A DNA stretch of 56,076 nt, counting the filler, from Platydemus manokwari (taxonomy: Eukaryota), in NCBI GenBank assembly GCA_037951405.1. It is 5 parts of 5 records of this genome, joined end to end, with 100 filler letters (N's around TTAATTAATTAA, not from the genome) between each part and the next. Parts side by side here need not be neighbours in the genome. Positions count along the whole stretch, not along the records: positions 25,747 to 35,512 come from JBBMOY011207543.1; positions 35,613 to 46,095 come from JBBMOY011130441.1; 3 more parts are not named here. One strand, 5' to 3'. The position numbers and the translations under genes are program-made. Each line of letters opens with the position of its first letter. Position 1 is the first letter of the stretch. The notes under the pieces are model-generated. The model did not search any database. It was not told where the DNA came from and was given only the letters and a program-made list of their open reading frames with translations. Shown one piece after another: positions 25,950 to 40,100 of the stretch.

Positions 25950-26910
25950 AAAACATTTTGAATTTTTTATTGAAGTACTTAAGAAGAGTTTTAGTTGTTT
26001 GAAATCAAATATTAAATACACTAGAGCATCAAAATCTCCTAAAATTGGATTATTTGAAAAACGGATCAAATTAGGTCAAATATCAAATTATCGAAAATTA
26101 GAGAGGACTCCGTTTTATAATATTAGACGTAAATTGAGGTACACTTTAAATTTATACAATTATTTGATAAAAACAAGTAATATTAGACTATTAAACATGC
26201 CATGAATTTCTAAAGTTCAATTATAATTAGATAAATTTAAATTTAAAAACTCAAATAATCATATCGAAGTGTTGTAATTAGAATCGGAGCTTGATTTTAA
26301 AACTATGTGAATAACAGCTGCGGCTCTGATACTCAAATCGAACGTCGGATGAAAGTCTAATAGAACTATTTAGTACTTGGTGTGTTCTAAAGTTTCCCCC
26401 ATGATATTTGGCATTCATTGATATGTAGTAAAGAGATTGAGAAAGATAATTATTAGAAATATTTGGGGACAAAATGATTTCAACTTATTCTCGATTTGTA
26501 AATGATTTCGAAATGCTGGTCATTTAAAATTTAGACATGTGCTTTGAATACGAATGCCTAGTGTACTATTTTTAGTAAGCAGAATTAGCAATATAATATG
26601 AACTAAAATTCATGTAAAGACCTAAGATCATCCTTACGAGGAAACATAAAAGTTGTTGGTTGATAAAGACATCAGGACATGGTACCTTCATCCGCTAAAG
26701 AGTGTATAACAGTTAACCTACCTTAGCAACAACACCTGAAAATAAAGAACGCTTTGGCATCGGATAGGTAACGCAAGTCATTCCATGGTAAATAATAACT
26801 TCTTGATATCGTTTAAGAAATATCGGTGGTTGCTACGAAGCTAATGGCTTTAGTCAGAGTGCAGCAACTACGAATACAAATATTTGTAGAACATAATATA
26901 CAAGAACTGA
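25950..26910 (+). pseudogene. Degenerate 28S (LSU) rRNA fragment
   Basis: Colinear conserved LSU blocks: aatagaactatttagtacttgg...aagtttccc, caacttattctc...taaatg, tttagtaagcagaattagc, aaaagttgttggttgataaagacatcaggac, tccgctaaagagtgtataaca...cctgaaaat; many near-universal positions are changed toward A/T. Confidence 0.85.
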
Positions 26911-28077
26911 CCAGATCCATCTCTATAACCTTAAAATTTTATTTCATTGATTTTTATTTTTGGTAATTGCCATTATTTATTTCAAACAATGATTTATAAA
27001 ATTTAAAATTCAATGTTGAGATGTGATTAATTTCGTGATAAGATTAGTGTGATGTCATTTATGGGAAAAAGTCGAATAAGGAAGATCAATCGAATATCTC
27101 AATTTTAAAATTAATTTCACCGGTTTTAAACTAAATTAAACAGGTATTACCAATTAATAATTTAAAAAAATTAAGAATCTAATTTAAATATTATCTTTAT
27201 TCTCACAATTAACGATTTATTTATTTAAAACTAAATATGACTGGAATTTACAAATGATGTATTTGTCTTTTTAAAAACAAGGAAACTCGAGTTACTAAGT
27301 GAAGAAATATTTTGAAGTGAGAAATAAAGTAATTTCAATCCAGTGAAATTATTTATTGGTGGCCTTAATCAAAACATTTCTGAGTGTGATTAAAGAAATT
27401 GTGTTATGCAAAATATTTTAAAATCAACAGGAAATTAACGAAGATATTACTGAACAAGATGTGTTTTCTACATAGTTGACAAATGAAAGATTGTAAGAAA
27501 ATAACAATCAAAATGTTGAGTCTAAGTCCTCTTATAAGTAAGGTTATTATCTAAATAGAGCCGCGGAAAATATTTTAAAACACTCATTATTAATCTTGAA
27601 AACTCTTCAAGTATATGTTTATAACTGCTTCAACTTAACGGCTCGGTCTTTTTTTCTAATCTGACTCTTACTCTAATACTGGTACACTGAGAAAAAACAA
27701 ATGCGTTTTTCTGATTAAGATGTATTTATATTACAATTTGTACTAAATATAAACCTTGTGAAAACACAAATTTCAATAAAATTAAGTTAGTAATACGAGG
27801 ACCTAGTCCTGATACTTATGTTGAATACTTTAGCTCACACTATAATAACCTATTTTACTAATTAACACACTGCCAATACAAAAGTATCTTCATAATAATT
27901 ATACTTCCGTACAACTACACTTATTGCTGGACTTACTAGTTTAACAAATAGTATCTTACTTTTTTGTAGCGTATATTTGAATGACGACCAAAGGAATGGC
28001 CACCAAGATCTCCAGACCTCACGATATTGGACTTTTGGCTTTGGAGCTATATCAAAGATCGAGTTCATGCAATCCAT

Positions 28078-28350
28078 AACAATTATACAACGCTCATCCA
28101 ACTTCAAGGAGCAATTTCACATGAGTTAATAAACATTAATCAAAAAGTCGTCCGTAAATGTTATTCAAGCTTCAGAAAACGATACAATCTCTGTTTAGAG
28201 TAAGATGGTGAACATTTTTAATAGTGTTTATGGATTCGCTTATTATTTACCCTTATTTGTTCTCATTGTTATTGTGTTTTGCTGTGCATTAAAATAACTC
28301 AATACATTTAGTTTGTTTTTACTGTGGTTTTATTTTAATTTTAGAGACGG
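28078..28350 (+). mobile_element. Tc1/mariner-superfamily element, 3' fragment (same family as 40953-41823)
   Basis: Transposase C-terminus ...SFRKRYNLCLE*DGEHF, then TIR shortened to ...tttagagacgg + TA. Confidence 0.8.
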
Positions 28351-28949
28351 TATAATGCACGTCTTAGTATCAGAATTCTAAAACCCTAACGACCTTTGAT
28401 CACTATAGATAACGATAATTATGCGTATTTATTTAAGATAAATCTTAAATCCCTCGATAAATCTCTTTTTATCTTCCCTCAATTGATATAAAGTATCATA
28501 TTAATTTTTCTAATAAATTCAACTTGAATTACACTCAAATGAAGTATTGTGGTTCATTACATTAATTTTGGATTTCTAAAATTTAATAACCGTCACCATT
28601 GATATAGTTTTAATACATTTTTAAGTTCATTTAATATAATATTCTTTATATTTAATGATGAATGAAAATAGAAACCCTTTAATTGTTGTTACCTAATGAT
28701 TAAATCTATATTTAGCTGATAGTGAAACAGATAACTGGCACAGAATGTTTTTATTTAATAATCAATAATGGTTTTTGTAAGTAGTAAATCAGGAATTATT
28801 TTTTCATGTTGATTGTATCTATGTTTTGTTGAGAGCGAAACAGATAACTTGTGCAGAAAATTTTAATTTAATTATCAATTATAAAAACCCGAAACTGTTG
28901 TTCGCTTATTAATGTGTCTAAGCTTTGATTATATAAAAGTTTAAGGATA

Positions 28950-30330
28950 TCATGAAGCACAGAAACCATTTGGTTACATGTTAGTCATTGACCATGTCGC
29001 TTGAAAAAATTGAATTGAATGAATTTGATAAATGGAAAATAATAAAATATCTGATTCAAATTATGAGAGAAACTATGATTATTATAATGAGACAACAAAT
29101 ATTGATTAACGAGTGAGTAGCTCAATGCTCTATTAAAGCTTCTAACAGATTGATGTGGTACCTCTGAACAACTGAACAACCTCTGACTCCAAAAACCAGA
29201 AGACAATAAATTTTATTTCCAAACTGCATACTAATCAGTACGACTTATAAAATACAAAAACATACTCAAAAGTACTTTCCAAAAATATAAGCAAAATCTG
29301 GCTTCCAATTGGTAAAGAACTTACATAATGGCTTTGTAGATATTTATATATAATGATTTAATATAATGATTTACTCATTGTGAACATGTGCCACAAAGCA
29401 CCCACCACACAATGAAGTAATATAAAGGTGGACTGTGAAAAAGTGACTTGTTTAGTAGAATAAGACAAGTTTTCAAATAAGAATAAAGATGATGAACAGA
29501 ATGAAGTGAAATAAGAAATTCTCTGCGGAAGTATCATAGATTTATCCATTAATATCTCGTTATAAAAATATGTGGAACAAAAAGAATTACTTGTGAATTA
29601 GGGAAAATGAATTATTCTATGAAAAGAACATGATTTATTGATACATAGTTCCTCGATGTGGTACCAAAAACTTAAAAGTCAAATAAAACATGAAAAATTA
29701 TGATAAATTGGGGTAGAGGAAATCTTTATTTATTGACCAGGTTGGCGGAAAGACATTAACGAACACTTAAATTTCATGTATTGCATTCTCATCAGAAACA
29801 CTAATTTAAGAAATAAAGATAAATTTAAATCAATAATTACAAATAAGCAGTTAGAAATTATTGGAACCGATATTGTGGGGTCATGTCCGATAATAAAGCA
29901 AGGAAACCGGCTTACACCAAATATGTATCACTTACCCAATTAAAAAATGTTGGTGCAAAAAACCAAGCCCAGTCATTATAGAAAGAATTGATAAGCAAAT
30001 TTTAAATTCCCAAATCATTTTCTCGAAAAATTTTTCAAACGACATTGATATTTGAATTATACAAAATTATGGAAAAAAAGAATATGTTCTTTCACATTTA
30101 TCCACAGTCAAATAAACTAAATGAGAGGACTTTTAAGATTATGGAACTCATTCGAGTGTCATTAAAGAATCACTCATTCTGTGATGATGAAAATGGATTA
30201 AGAATCTCGTATCACAAATCAGTTATGTATTCAGTGTTCAGAGTTGTTTTGAGACAAGGAAAAGGGAAACTATATAAGAGTTCATGAATAATCATAAAAA
30301 ATTTGAAGAAATGTAGACGTTTAATATGAA
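28950..30330 (+). mobile_element. Highly decayed LTR-retrotransposon pol (integrase) remnant
   Basis: LEIIGTDIVGSCP (~29850) and HIYPQSNKLNERTFK (~30095) resemble rve motifs; boundaries approximate. Confidence 0.6.
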
Positions 30331-30699
30331 TCAGATAGTGACGTAGCAGAATTCTCTAATCAAGGAAGTATTAACATTGTTTATCATTGTTAACGTTATT
30401 ATAATTTACAATAAATTATGACAAACCAGGAGTTGTTTAGTTAAAATTTTTGCTTCTCAAGGAACATATTTATTGCACTTAAATAATATTAAGATATCAA
30501 TTGTTCTACGTGCCACGAGAGTTACCTGATTGACCAAGCAGACTATAAATAGAATATTTTTGTAGTCTTTTATCAATTTATTTTCTGATAGAAGAATGTT
30601 GAATGCAAATTTAAACTTGATCTATATATTATATTTTATCTTCAAAATACACATTTAATGAAATATTTTTGTTTATCTAATTTGTTGATTTAGGAAAAC

Positions 30700-32050
30700 A
30701 TTCAAAATTCACTTAGTTATATTTCTGCTTATTGTCACTCGACCTCTAATCAATTAAATTTACTGTATATGAATAATCGGTTCACAAATTATTAAATAAT
30801 TGATTTGATTCGTGATTAATATTACGGTTTGCTCATTTATTGTCAGATATATTTATTAAATAACAAATCCTCAATTGATTTCAACAAAGAAATATCATTG
30901 GCCAACACAAAAAATAATTTTACAATTCGTATCTATGGTTGATTGGTTTGATAGATTCAGCTGAAATTGGTTTTTGAAATTATTTGGTTCTTTTGATAAT
31001 TTTTCAATATTTTCCTAAACTTTTATCCAAGAAGCAGCCCATATTCGCTTTAAATATTTTACAATATTTTCATGTTAATTTCTCTCCTTCGAATGCTGTT
31101 GATGGGAATTACTATGGCCATATAACTTCTGGTAAGATTTTGAATAATTGTTCTATAAAAATGTTTTAGATACTTGTTACCATAGCTTTGACCCTCATTT
31201 TGAGAGATGGTGGCTTATGGTACTGAAAAATATTTCATAGATCAGAATTTATGCAAGAACGGATAACTGCAGTTTGTCGATTTATATTTTATTATTTTCA
31301 AATTTTATCGATATATTTAAGCTTATTGGACAGGTTTGCTATCATTTTATGCCAGTCTGAACTTTCAAACTAAATTTGTAAATAATTCGTCTAAATTTTA
31401 CAAAATCGGTTATTACTATGGAAACATAAATTCATTGGAAAAAATCGTCAACATTAGTCTGACCGGGATTGTAATAAATTACATCATCATCGATTGAAAA
31501 TCTAATAATATATATGTTCAGATAGCACGAACTATGGCTATATTTAAAATGAGAGAAGCAGCAATAATCAATTTTTGTAAAGTTGAGATTTTTGAAGCGC
31601 AATATGTAAAATCAAAATGCTTCGACTTGTAAATATTGATTATCTTTATTTTAATATTCATGATGTTTCCAGTTACCCTCTAAGTAAATTTTGCTGAATA
31701 CAAAAAACTAATACAAGACAAATCATTGAGAATTTCTTTCATCTGCAATGTGGTCAGAGTTGTTTTCTCAATCCGGATTGTGTTTCATTTACAATGGAGT
31801 AGGATAATCGTTGTTATCTTTTCAACAATGCTGGAGGATCATATGGATTGAATTAATTCAAAGTGAAAGCTGCAAAAACATTTCATATTCATGGATATAG
31901 CAATTGACGTTTTGACATAGTTATTAGCAATAGACATAATCATTGCCATTTTCATACGAAACGTCTCTTTCATAACCTTATGTGTTTTATTTTCTGTTTA
32001 TCAAACTCATTTTATCATCAATGGATTATTTTTTAAAAATTCTATACTAT
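30700..32050 (-). mobile_element. Possible decayed L1/Tx1-like LINE ORF2 (APE to RT)
   Basis: Weak colinear motif echoes on the minus strand (MKETF, NPYDPP, NWK); heavily degenerate. Confidence 0.3.
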
Positions 32051-32175
32051 TTTTCATCTGGCAACGATATCATTTATTCAAAATAATAAATTTAAATAAT
32101 GAACAAGAGATAATAAATTTTTATCTGTTGTTAAGTTCTTGTGAATGAAAATTTTATATTTAAATTATTGGTGTT

Positions 32176-32355
32176 TGAGATATTTTATATGAATTAAATT
32201 TCAATTTAATTCAAAAACAATTTTAATTCAAATTTAATTTTATAAAAAAATGGAAATATTTGTTTAAATATTTGGATTTAAAATAGATTGATTGAGTCTT
32301 GACTTTTTAGTTAGATTTTAATGTGTGGTTATTTAAATAGTAGTAGCGGCTAACA
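32176..32355 (+). mobile_element. Solo LTR of the mini-LTR family
   Basis: Reverse-complement homolog of 52563-52783; ends GCGGCTAACA; flanked by gtgtt on both sides (5-bp TSD), initial TG lost. Confidence 0.75.
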
Positions 32356-33149
32356 GTGTTGACCAAAGATTATCGTAAAATATGCACTTAATTCAGAAGT
32401 AGCTTCTCGACCAGAGTTTCCAAATTATGCACGGACTTGATATTTTTTGTTTAATTGACAGAACCTTAATTAAAGGTTTGGTATTCTTGTAATGAATGCT
32501 GTATAGTGTGATATATATCACTTGGTGAACAGGCCATTTTGATACAGATCAATATATTAATAAGTATTATTGCGCAATAGGCCAGATAATTTAAACTGTG
32601 CTTTAACATCGAATTAACATTCATAGTGTGAACCAGATCATTAACATCTCCATCTCCATGATTATCATTCTAGAAATTATGTTTACACCCAAAACCATAA
32701 CTAGTACATTCATTGAGATAGAATTTGTTTAGGAACTAAAGATGGTGTTGTTTGGCACCTGTAATAAAATATGAATTATGTTCTATAGAAATACGCCAGG
32801 CATTTTATTGAAAATAACAGTAAAGTTAGTAATAATGATAACGAAAGATTACTACGCAATTAAAATTATAAATTATCAAAAAAAGAAATAATGATGAACA
32901 AAAATAGTGTGATCAAGTAACATTAATGAACACTGTGAGGTTTATAAATCAAATAAGATTAAGATTAATAATTAAAAATATTTTTAAATGGTCTTTGCTC
33001 AAAACATTACTCTAAACTCTGAATTTGTTAAAAACATATAAAATTAGTAAAAATTATTTTATATAAGAATTATTTTAAAAGTAATTTTTTTAGAGATTAT
33101 TTTAAAGGTTATTTTTATACAAATTTAAAAATTAAAATCTGCGCATTTA

Positions 33150-33785
33150 AATTTTAAAGAACGTTTAAAATAATCGAATATTTGTTTAAAATGGATATAT
33201 TATAAATAGATATTATTTGTATGGTGAAATTATGTCTTTTGAATTAAATAAATACAATGTAAAAGGACCTATAATTTTTAACAATTTATCATTAATTAAA
33301 GATTTATCTAATGGAGAAATCTGTTAACATTAATCGGAAATGTTGTCATTCAATGAAAATTCTGATTCTTATATGTCAAACGAAGTCCCGTTGGTAAATC
33401 TCCAAATCAAAATGTGATAAAATTAAATTAACCTAAAAAGAATTTAATAATTTTTGATGATTGCGTTACAAAAAGCAGGAAATAATGTCCGCTTATTATC
33501 CAAGAGGAAGACATAATAATTGTATTAGTATTTATGTATCACATTGTTGGTTTGATTTTCCAAAAAAACAACTAGTAAAAATTCAAATTTTATTATTTTA
33601 TTTAAATTAAATACGAGATAAAGATTTAATATATTCTGATTTATTTTCCCGCACCATAGAGAAAGAGGAATTTAATTTTCTTGTAAATAAACAATGGAAT
33701 GCAAAATATAAATATATAGCTTTCGATAAGAACAGAGACGTAATAATTGAAGACATATTCAAATTTTATGAAGAAGATTGAATCG
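33150..33785 (+). pseudogene. Polinton/Maverick packaging ATPase (A32-like) fragment
   Basis: IIFDDC (Walker B) ... YYPRGRHNNCISIYVSH ... NSNFIILF, with frameshifts; RGRH motif of A32/Polinton ATPases. Confidence 0.85.
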
Positions 33786-34012
33786 AATATTCTTTCCTGC
33801 GGTGATTTGAATATAAAAAATCTAAAATTTATAAAATTAAAAATGATGGGTTTAGATATTAATAAAATAATTAAATAATTGGGAAAGATTGTTTCCTTGA
33901 CAAATAAAATAAATAATCAATTTGAATAAAATTAATATTCTAAAATTTTAGCAAATCAAGATATTACTGAATTTGTTAAATCTTTGTTAGGTTTAACAAA
34001 TTATAGAAAAGC

Positions 34013-34605
34013 TGTTACTCACTACTCGTTTAAAACCACACATTAAAGACGAACTGAAAAGTCATGACAACACAAATCTATTTAAATACAAATATTTAAA
34101 CAAATAAATTTAATTTTATACAAATATGATTTTATATAAAATTAGAATTAAAATTTTAATTGATATAAATATAATTCATTTAAAGTATCTCACATCCCCT
34201 TCCTTTAAAATCTTTGATCTTGTTAACTGTCTCTGAATCAAATACTCTACATATTTCATTACACAAAAACTCTAATTCTCTTCTCTTTTAATATCTTCTT
34301 TCACATGTACATTATATCTTCTTTTATGTACCCTTTTTATTTCTTCAACAACTTCTTTATATCTCATTTTTACGTTCTCAACATAGTCTGTGTTTTTTCC
34401 TCCTTCTTTACAATTATATTTAGTCGTTAATAATTTCAGAATCGCATCTAGATGAGTGGTCACCATGTTAGGCGTTACTATTTTAAAACCACATATTAAA
34501 AACGAACTGAAAAGTCAAGACACAACGAATCTATTTAAAAAATAAATATTTAAACAAATAAATCCAATTTTATACAAAAATATGATTTCATATAAAATAA
34601 AAATT
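34013..34605 (-). mobile_element. Miniature LTR element (TRIM-like): LTR-PBS-271 bp internal region-PPT-LTR
   Basis: Direct repeats 34013-34194 and 34466-~34605; minus strand ...CCTAACA|TGGTGACCACT (PBS) and AGGAAGGGGA|TGTGAGATA (PPT/LTR junction). Confidence 0.85.
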
Positions 34606-34621
34606 AATAATAATAATAATA

Positions 34622-34657
<36 letters not shown>
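34605..34657. repeat. (AAT)n/(ATT)n head-to-head microsatellite
   Basis: Directly visible; interrupts the 5' LTR. Confidence 0.9.
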
Positions 34658-35612
34658 TTACGAATTAAGAAAATCATTAGATACTCAACAAGGTGGACAT
34701 AATAATGTTTATAATTCAATGAATTAACAGTGTGAAGACATTAAATTGAAAATATTGAAAATGTTGGGGAAATATCAAGTATGTTAAATTTTATTTTAAT
34801 AGATAATTCACAAGACAAAACAGGAGAATTGATTGAATAAATACAAGAAAACTAAAGAAGATAAAAATACTGATAACAAAGGTTTCAAACAAACAAAAGC
34901 TTTTTATAATTTTAAAGAGAACAATGGAAAATATACTTTACAGGAATATTTCCTTTAAATCAGATATTTGGATTTTAGAACCATTAATTCTTATAATGAT
35001 TAAATTAGCTTTAAATAGGAACTTAGATGATAAAAATATTTTGGGGACAAAAGGTGAGGGGAAATTAATCTCAATGTCTTTAGAATTTTGAATGCCAGAA
35101 TCAATTCTAAATTCTATAAATAAAGTAAAATTGTCGAAGAATATTACTTCTTATAAAACTGAAGTTGTGATTTGTAATGATAATCTACCTAGAAATATTG
35201 AAAATATATATATTAGATTAAATATAAATTGGTTTTGTTTCTGAGAATATTATAATAGCAAAAAAAATACATTTGAATCGGTGGCAATTTTACTTTTGAA
35301 TCTAAATTTTCTAAAATTTTGTTTTGTATTTCTCGTTCAATATATTGGTGGAAAAGGAGCTGTTCCTAGTTGCACAAGAAGTTTTAGTGAAGAGAGAAAC
35401 AAATAAGATAAAGAAGAAAGGAGATCATTGCGAACGTCCTCACAGAATTTTGAAATTTTTAAGTCCACATCAAGTTCTTCTTGATTTCCAGGGACAGCCA
35501 AAACCTCGAAGANNNNNNNNNNNNNNNNNNNNNNNNNNNNNNNNNNNNNNNNNNNNTTAATTAATTAANNNNNNNNNNNNNNNNNNNNNNNNNNNNNNNN
35601 NNNNNNNNNNNN

Positions 35613-35649
35613 CATAATAATAATAATTATTATTATTGTTACTGTCATA

Positions 35650-35703
<54 letters not shown>
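35613..35703. repeat. (AAT)n/(ATT)n microsatellite at contig edge
   Basis: Directly visible. Confidence 0.9.
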
Positions 35704-35705
<2 letters not shown>

Positions 35706-37399
35706 ACCAAGCAGTTATAGAAGGAACAGACATTTTTAACTGAAAACCAGACAATTAAAATATTACCATGACTACAATTGGTAAACTGATGACTAATAAA
35801 TAATCGATTATCACATAAGATATGCAACAAACAATTTAAATGAGAGAAATTAATGAGTAATGCTATAAATCAGTACTACTTATTTTAAAAATCCATATTA
35901 TAAATTTGAAATAAATCAATAAACGAATTTTTTTAATGTATTGAATAACGAATAAATAAATCGATAATAAACTCAATTGGTTGATAAAAACAACACGAAC
36001 GAAATGGGTATTTATTAATAATAACCGACTGAGCTTCCATTTTATTTAACGTTTAAACAATGAGAATCCCCATCGATTTTTAAACAAATAAGGAATAAAT
36101 AAAACATTATTAATAGATTCCATTTACCATTGTTGTTTTATCGATACCGAAATTAATAATTTTTGCTTTGCCTAATTACAAGAATGGTTGAAATAGAGTT
36201 GATTCATAGCATTAACCTTCATTCAAATTATCTATTTATGGTTACATATAACATTGCAGAGAAATTCTGTGAAAAATTATATTTCATTCTACATATCGAT
36301 TCACTGAAATAACAATTATCAATTTTCTGATAACGATTTAGTGGTGGAATTTTATTCTTCATGTGCTATCACTGCTCAAGTCATTAAAGCCTCGGTAAGG
36401 GGTTGACACCAAGATTACAATCTCACAGTAACCAGCACTCATCGATAATAACAACATTTTCAATTTTGATTACATGTTACAGTAGTAGATAAGCGGAGTG
36501 AATTTTTTGAAATTGTTATACGTGTAAATTGTTATTAGTAAAATTAGAGAATAATCGATGACTCCGGTATGAGAGAGGTGTGAATGATCAAAAAAAAGTA
36601 TATGTTTGGTTGGAAACCATTTCAAAAATCGTTCATTTTATTGAATAAAATAGTTCTATTCGGTGGGTCGTTTGTATGTGATTGATATGACCTTGTATTT
36701 GACTCCTGTGTGATCCTTGTTGACATTTAGGAAAGTTCTTCACAATAATTAATGAGCGGTATTTCATTTTTCCCAATATATCTTCGATTTTATGCTATGT
36801 GTTGTATATCAGTTGACACTGCACTTTACGAATAAGCATTTGTACTCTTTGTGAATTGCTGTTACCTTTTCTAACACCATAGTCCACCCATTAGCATGTT
36901 AATATGGTCATGGATGAATGTGTATGAAAAACCCGTTGTCAAAACAACGCGGATCCAATTGACCAAAACGCAGTTTTGTTAGATATTTCTGTTGTCGATT
37001 TAGAGTTAAAAGTTTCCCATTATAATATTAACAAAGGATTTTCTAATAGCTGTAAAAACCTGAAAAAACATTACGACAAAAGGAAGACATTCATTGGTAA
37101 ATACAAATCATAAAAATCAATAAATTTACAATCAATATGACCTTTTACTAATGTTTTAACATATGTATATGTATCTCTGAATAATCTTAAATAAGCTTGT
37201 TCATTATATTACTGACTAATAGAATGAATAAGTAATATATCGATTTATGTTTATTTATCAAGACAAAATGGAGAAAACCTAACCGATAACTCATTTAAAG
37301 CACAGCATATGATTTGGTTTTTGTTTTCAGATTTTTCTTCATTCAACTACTAACGTTTGTCTTTTAATTTGGATGTTGCGGAATGAAATTTTAAGCGAC

Positions 37400-40100
37400 A
37401 ATAGTTTATCTAACCGAATGTTAAGAAATAACTCAGATAATTTCAACTCAATTAAAAACATTTTCACAAATATTTGCCCGTCATGAAAATCCGTTCCAAT
37501 GACGAACGAAACTAATGGAAAGAAAAATCATTCGAAATCTGTCAACGGTATCCGATGAAAGTAATGCCGAAAAATATATTGGACAAATATCGATTATGTT
37601 GTTCATATAAAAATCTACAGTAGATAAATTACTCAACGTTGACAGATTAATTAATAGTATCTAAAATAATTGTGATTAGCTCTAATTGTTGAATATTTTC
37701 ACAAATATATTGCTTATTGATTTCTACGAAGTTCTGCCAATGAATTCGTCAGTGGAAGTTTTTTGGATATTGTTACATTAATAAGGTATATTATCAACTC
37801 GTTATTTATTGCATTTTAATATACTTATTTTTTTATCGAAACAATATCTCACTTCTTTTGATCAGCTGACTTCAGTGCGAATCTATAAACGAGATTGATT
37901 ATATAATATATTCCCAAATAGCCCAACAAATCTTTGTAAACCAATTTATACAAGCTGCCTTTCCATCTAAAATGAAAATCAATATCAAATCCAAATATCA
38001 ATGGATTATCGGTGAACTATTGGCTGACCTCGTCAATAATTTGATAAATATCATAAAACCCTGTCCATCTGATATGTCCTCAGCATACGAGACTGTCATC
38101 GTTTCGTAATGATTAGTGTCGACTTATTGTGAGAGTAAAAGGTAATAAACTCAACAAATAACAAAAAATACACTGAACTGATCTATCTATGTCTCGATGA
38201 ATAATATAATGTTTTGTATGCTGATAAATTTGTGTGTTGTACTGACATTAACACTTTGTGCATCTCTTTAATAAGTCTATTGTATTCAAAATGTTGATTT
38301 CAATTTCACAAACTCAGTCACATTATCCGCTACTATTTGATTTCAAACGTATTTTTCGTTTTAAAACCATGATTTCAAATTCTTTTTCCGATATTATGGC
38401 AGTGAAATAGCATTTTATATACATACACATAAATATTGATAATTTTAATATTTATCGATAATTGATTATTTAGTTTAATGTGTTAAAACAAAACATCGAT
38501 TAAAATTTTACATACCGTCCCAATAATCTGATAAAGAGAGTCCAATGATTACCACGGGAAAAATCGCCGGAATATGATATTGACATTGATAACAGTAAAT
38601 TCCTCAAATAATTAAACAATCTTTATTCTTAAGACAATCGACAAATTTGATTCGTTGATTTTTTCACAATGACATATGTAAAAGATTATTGGAAATAACG
38701 TGAAAATCTTTTCTGTGTGTGTGCATAGCAGTATGTGTGTGGAATGACCTTAGCCTTTGTGTCTGCCTACAGTTAATCCTTAAATATGTTATCTTTTCTG
38801 TCTGAATGTGCGATTAGAGGACCTTTTTCGAGTTAATTAGCTGTTACTTGTTATGTAATTGGTTAGACATTCATTAAAATTAAAATTATCCTCCTTTACA
38901 AATTCATGTCGTCTCTCGATTAAATGAAATTTCGATTTTTTTGCTGTTATAAAATTCGCAATGCTACTTTATTTGTACTTTTAAAATTAATTTTCGACTT
39001 GGCCTTCCAATAACTGGTTTCCAGTTTGCAATTTAAGGCTTTATCGGCATAATTATCATATGACATTTTTGTTCGATACGTGTACAATGGATTTTTATTG
39101 ATATATTTGATTTAACTATAAACTAGTAACGAATCAGAATATGGTATTTCAATCAATAACCTCTGGATTGAATCTAGGAATTTTGAAATTTTCAATAAAC
39201 TCTTGATGTGGTTAAGAGGATTGAAGAGTGGTCCATAGTGGTTGCTTAAGAACAAGCCTGTTCCTAGTTTTATTTGAGATTATTCTTATCGTTTTTGAAA
39301 ATTTTATTTTACGAATACAAAAAATATTGGCACCGGACAATGCTCGAATAATCGAATATCATTATCAAAACCATTGATGGGTTTTATATTAACTCTCTTC
39401 ATTATGAAAACTAAAACATTAAAGAAATATTGAAGTCTTTCTTTTGACAATTGATTATTTTAAAATTTCTCTAATAATCCACTCATATTCAGATCTTCAT
39501 TGGATATCAAATGTCGTGTGAAGAACTCAGTAAAATTCAAAAGCTCTAAATGTTTTACATTCACTAGCGATTTAAAATATCAAATACAATACCGAGCATT
39601 TATTTCATAAGAAAGGCTTATAAATCAATATGGATCAACACTATTGATTGATATTGATATGAATTATCTACACGGAGCTTGTGTTAATCTTGATGCAATC
39701 AAAATCTGTATGTAATCCATTAACTTTAGCATATTTGATTGGACAATAATATTTCTGCTGCTAGGATTGAGATATGGATGCACAATTTCACCAATATCTG
39801 ACTTTTTAGCAGTGCCGAAAACTCATAAAATTTATTCACAAATTAAATTGGTAATCAATATTAAACTAACATTAATACAATACAATGTGTGGTGTGATAA
39901 AATTCTTTTTGTGACTTTGTGGTGCCATGAAGATGTGAAACAACCAGTGTTTGGAACTAATACAACGCAACCCTAATGGAAAAAGAGGTCAATTGATGAA
40001 TAGTTTAGAAAGAAGCCAGGTGTTCTTTCAGAACTTGACCAGGTTAATCAATTCACAATTCCCTTTATAGCAATAGTATTGTATGAATTAAAATAAGAAA
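37400..40100 (-). mobile_element. Decayed L1/Tx1-like LINE (APE + RT)
   Basis: Minus-strand echoes in the expected order: KVNGL (~39720), KDFN (~39435), MDHSSI (~39230), SYWK (~39010), SYAEDI (~38080). Confidence 0.45.

Noticed and set aside
35557-35754. Poly-Asn ORF
   Set aside because: Translation of an (ATT)n microsatellite running into the gap.
36550-37062. Exon-like minus-strand segment after a tttttcag acceptor
   Set aside because: Stops in all frames and no recognisable protein motif.
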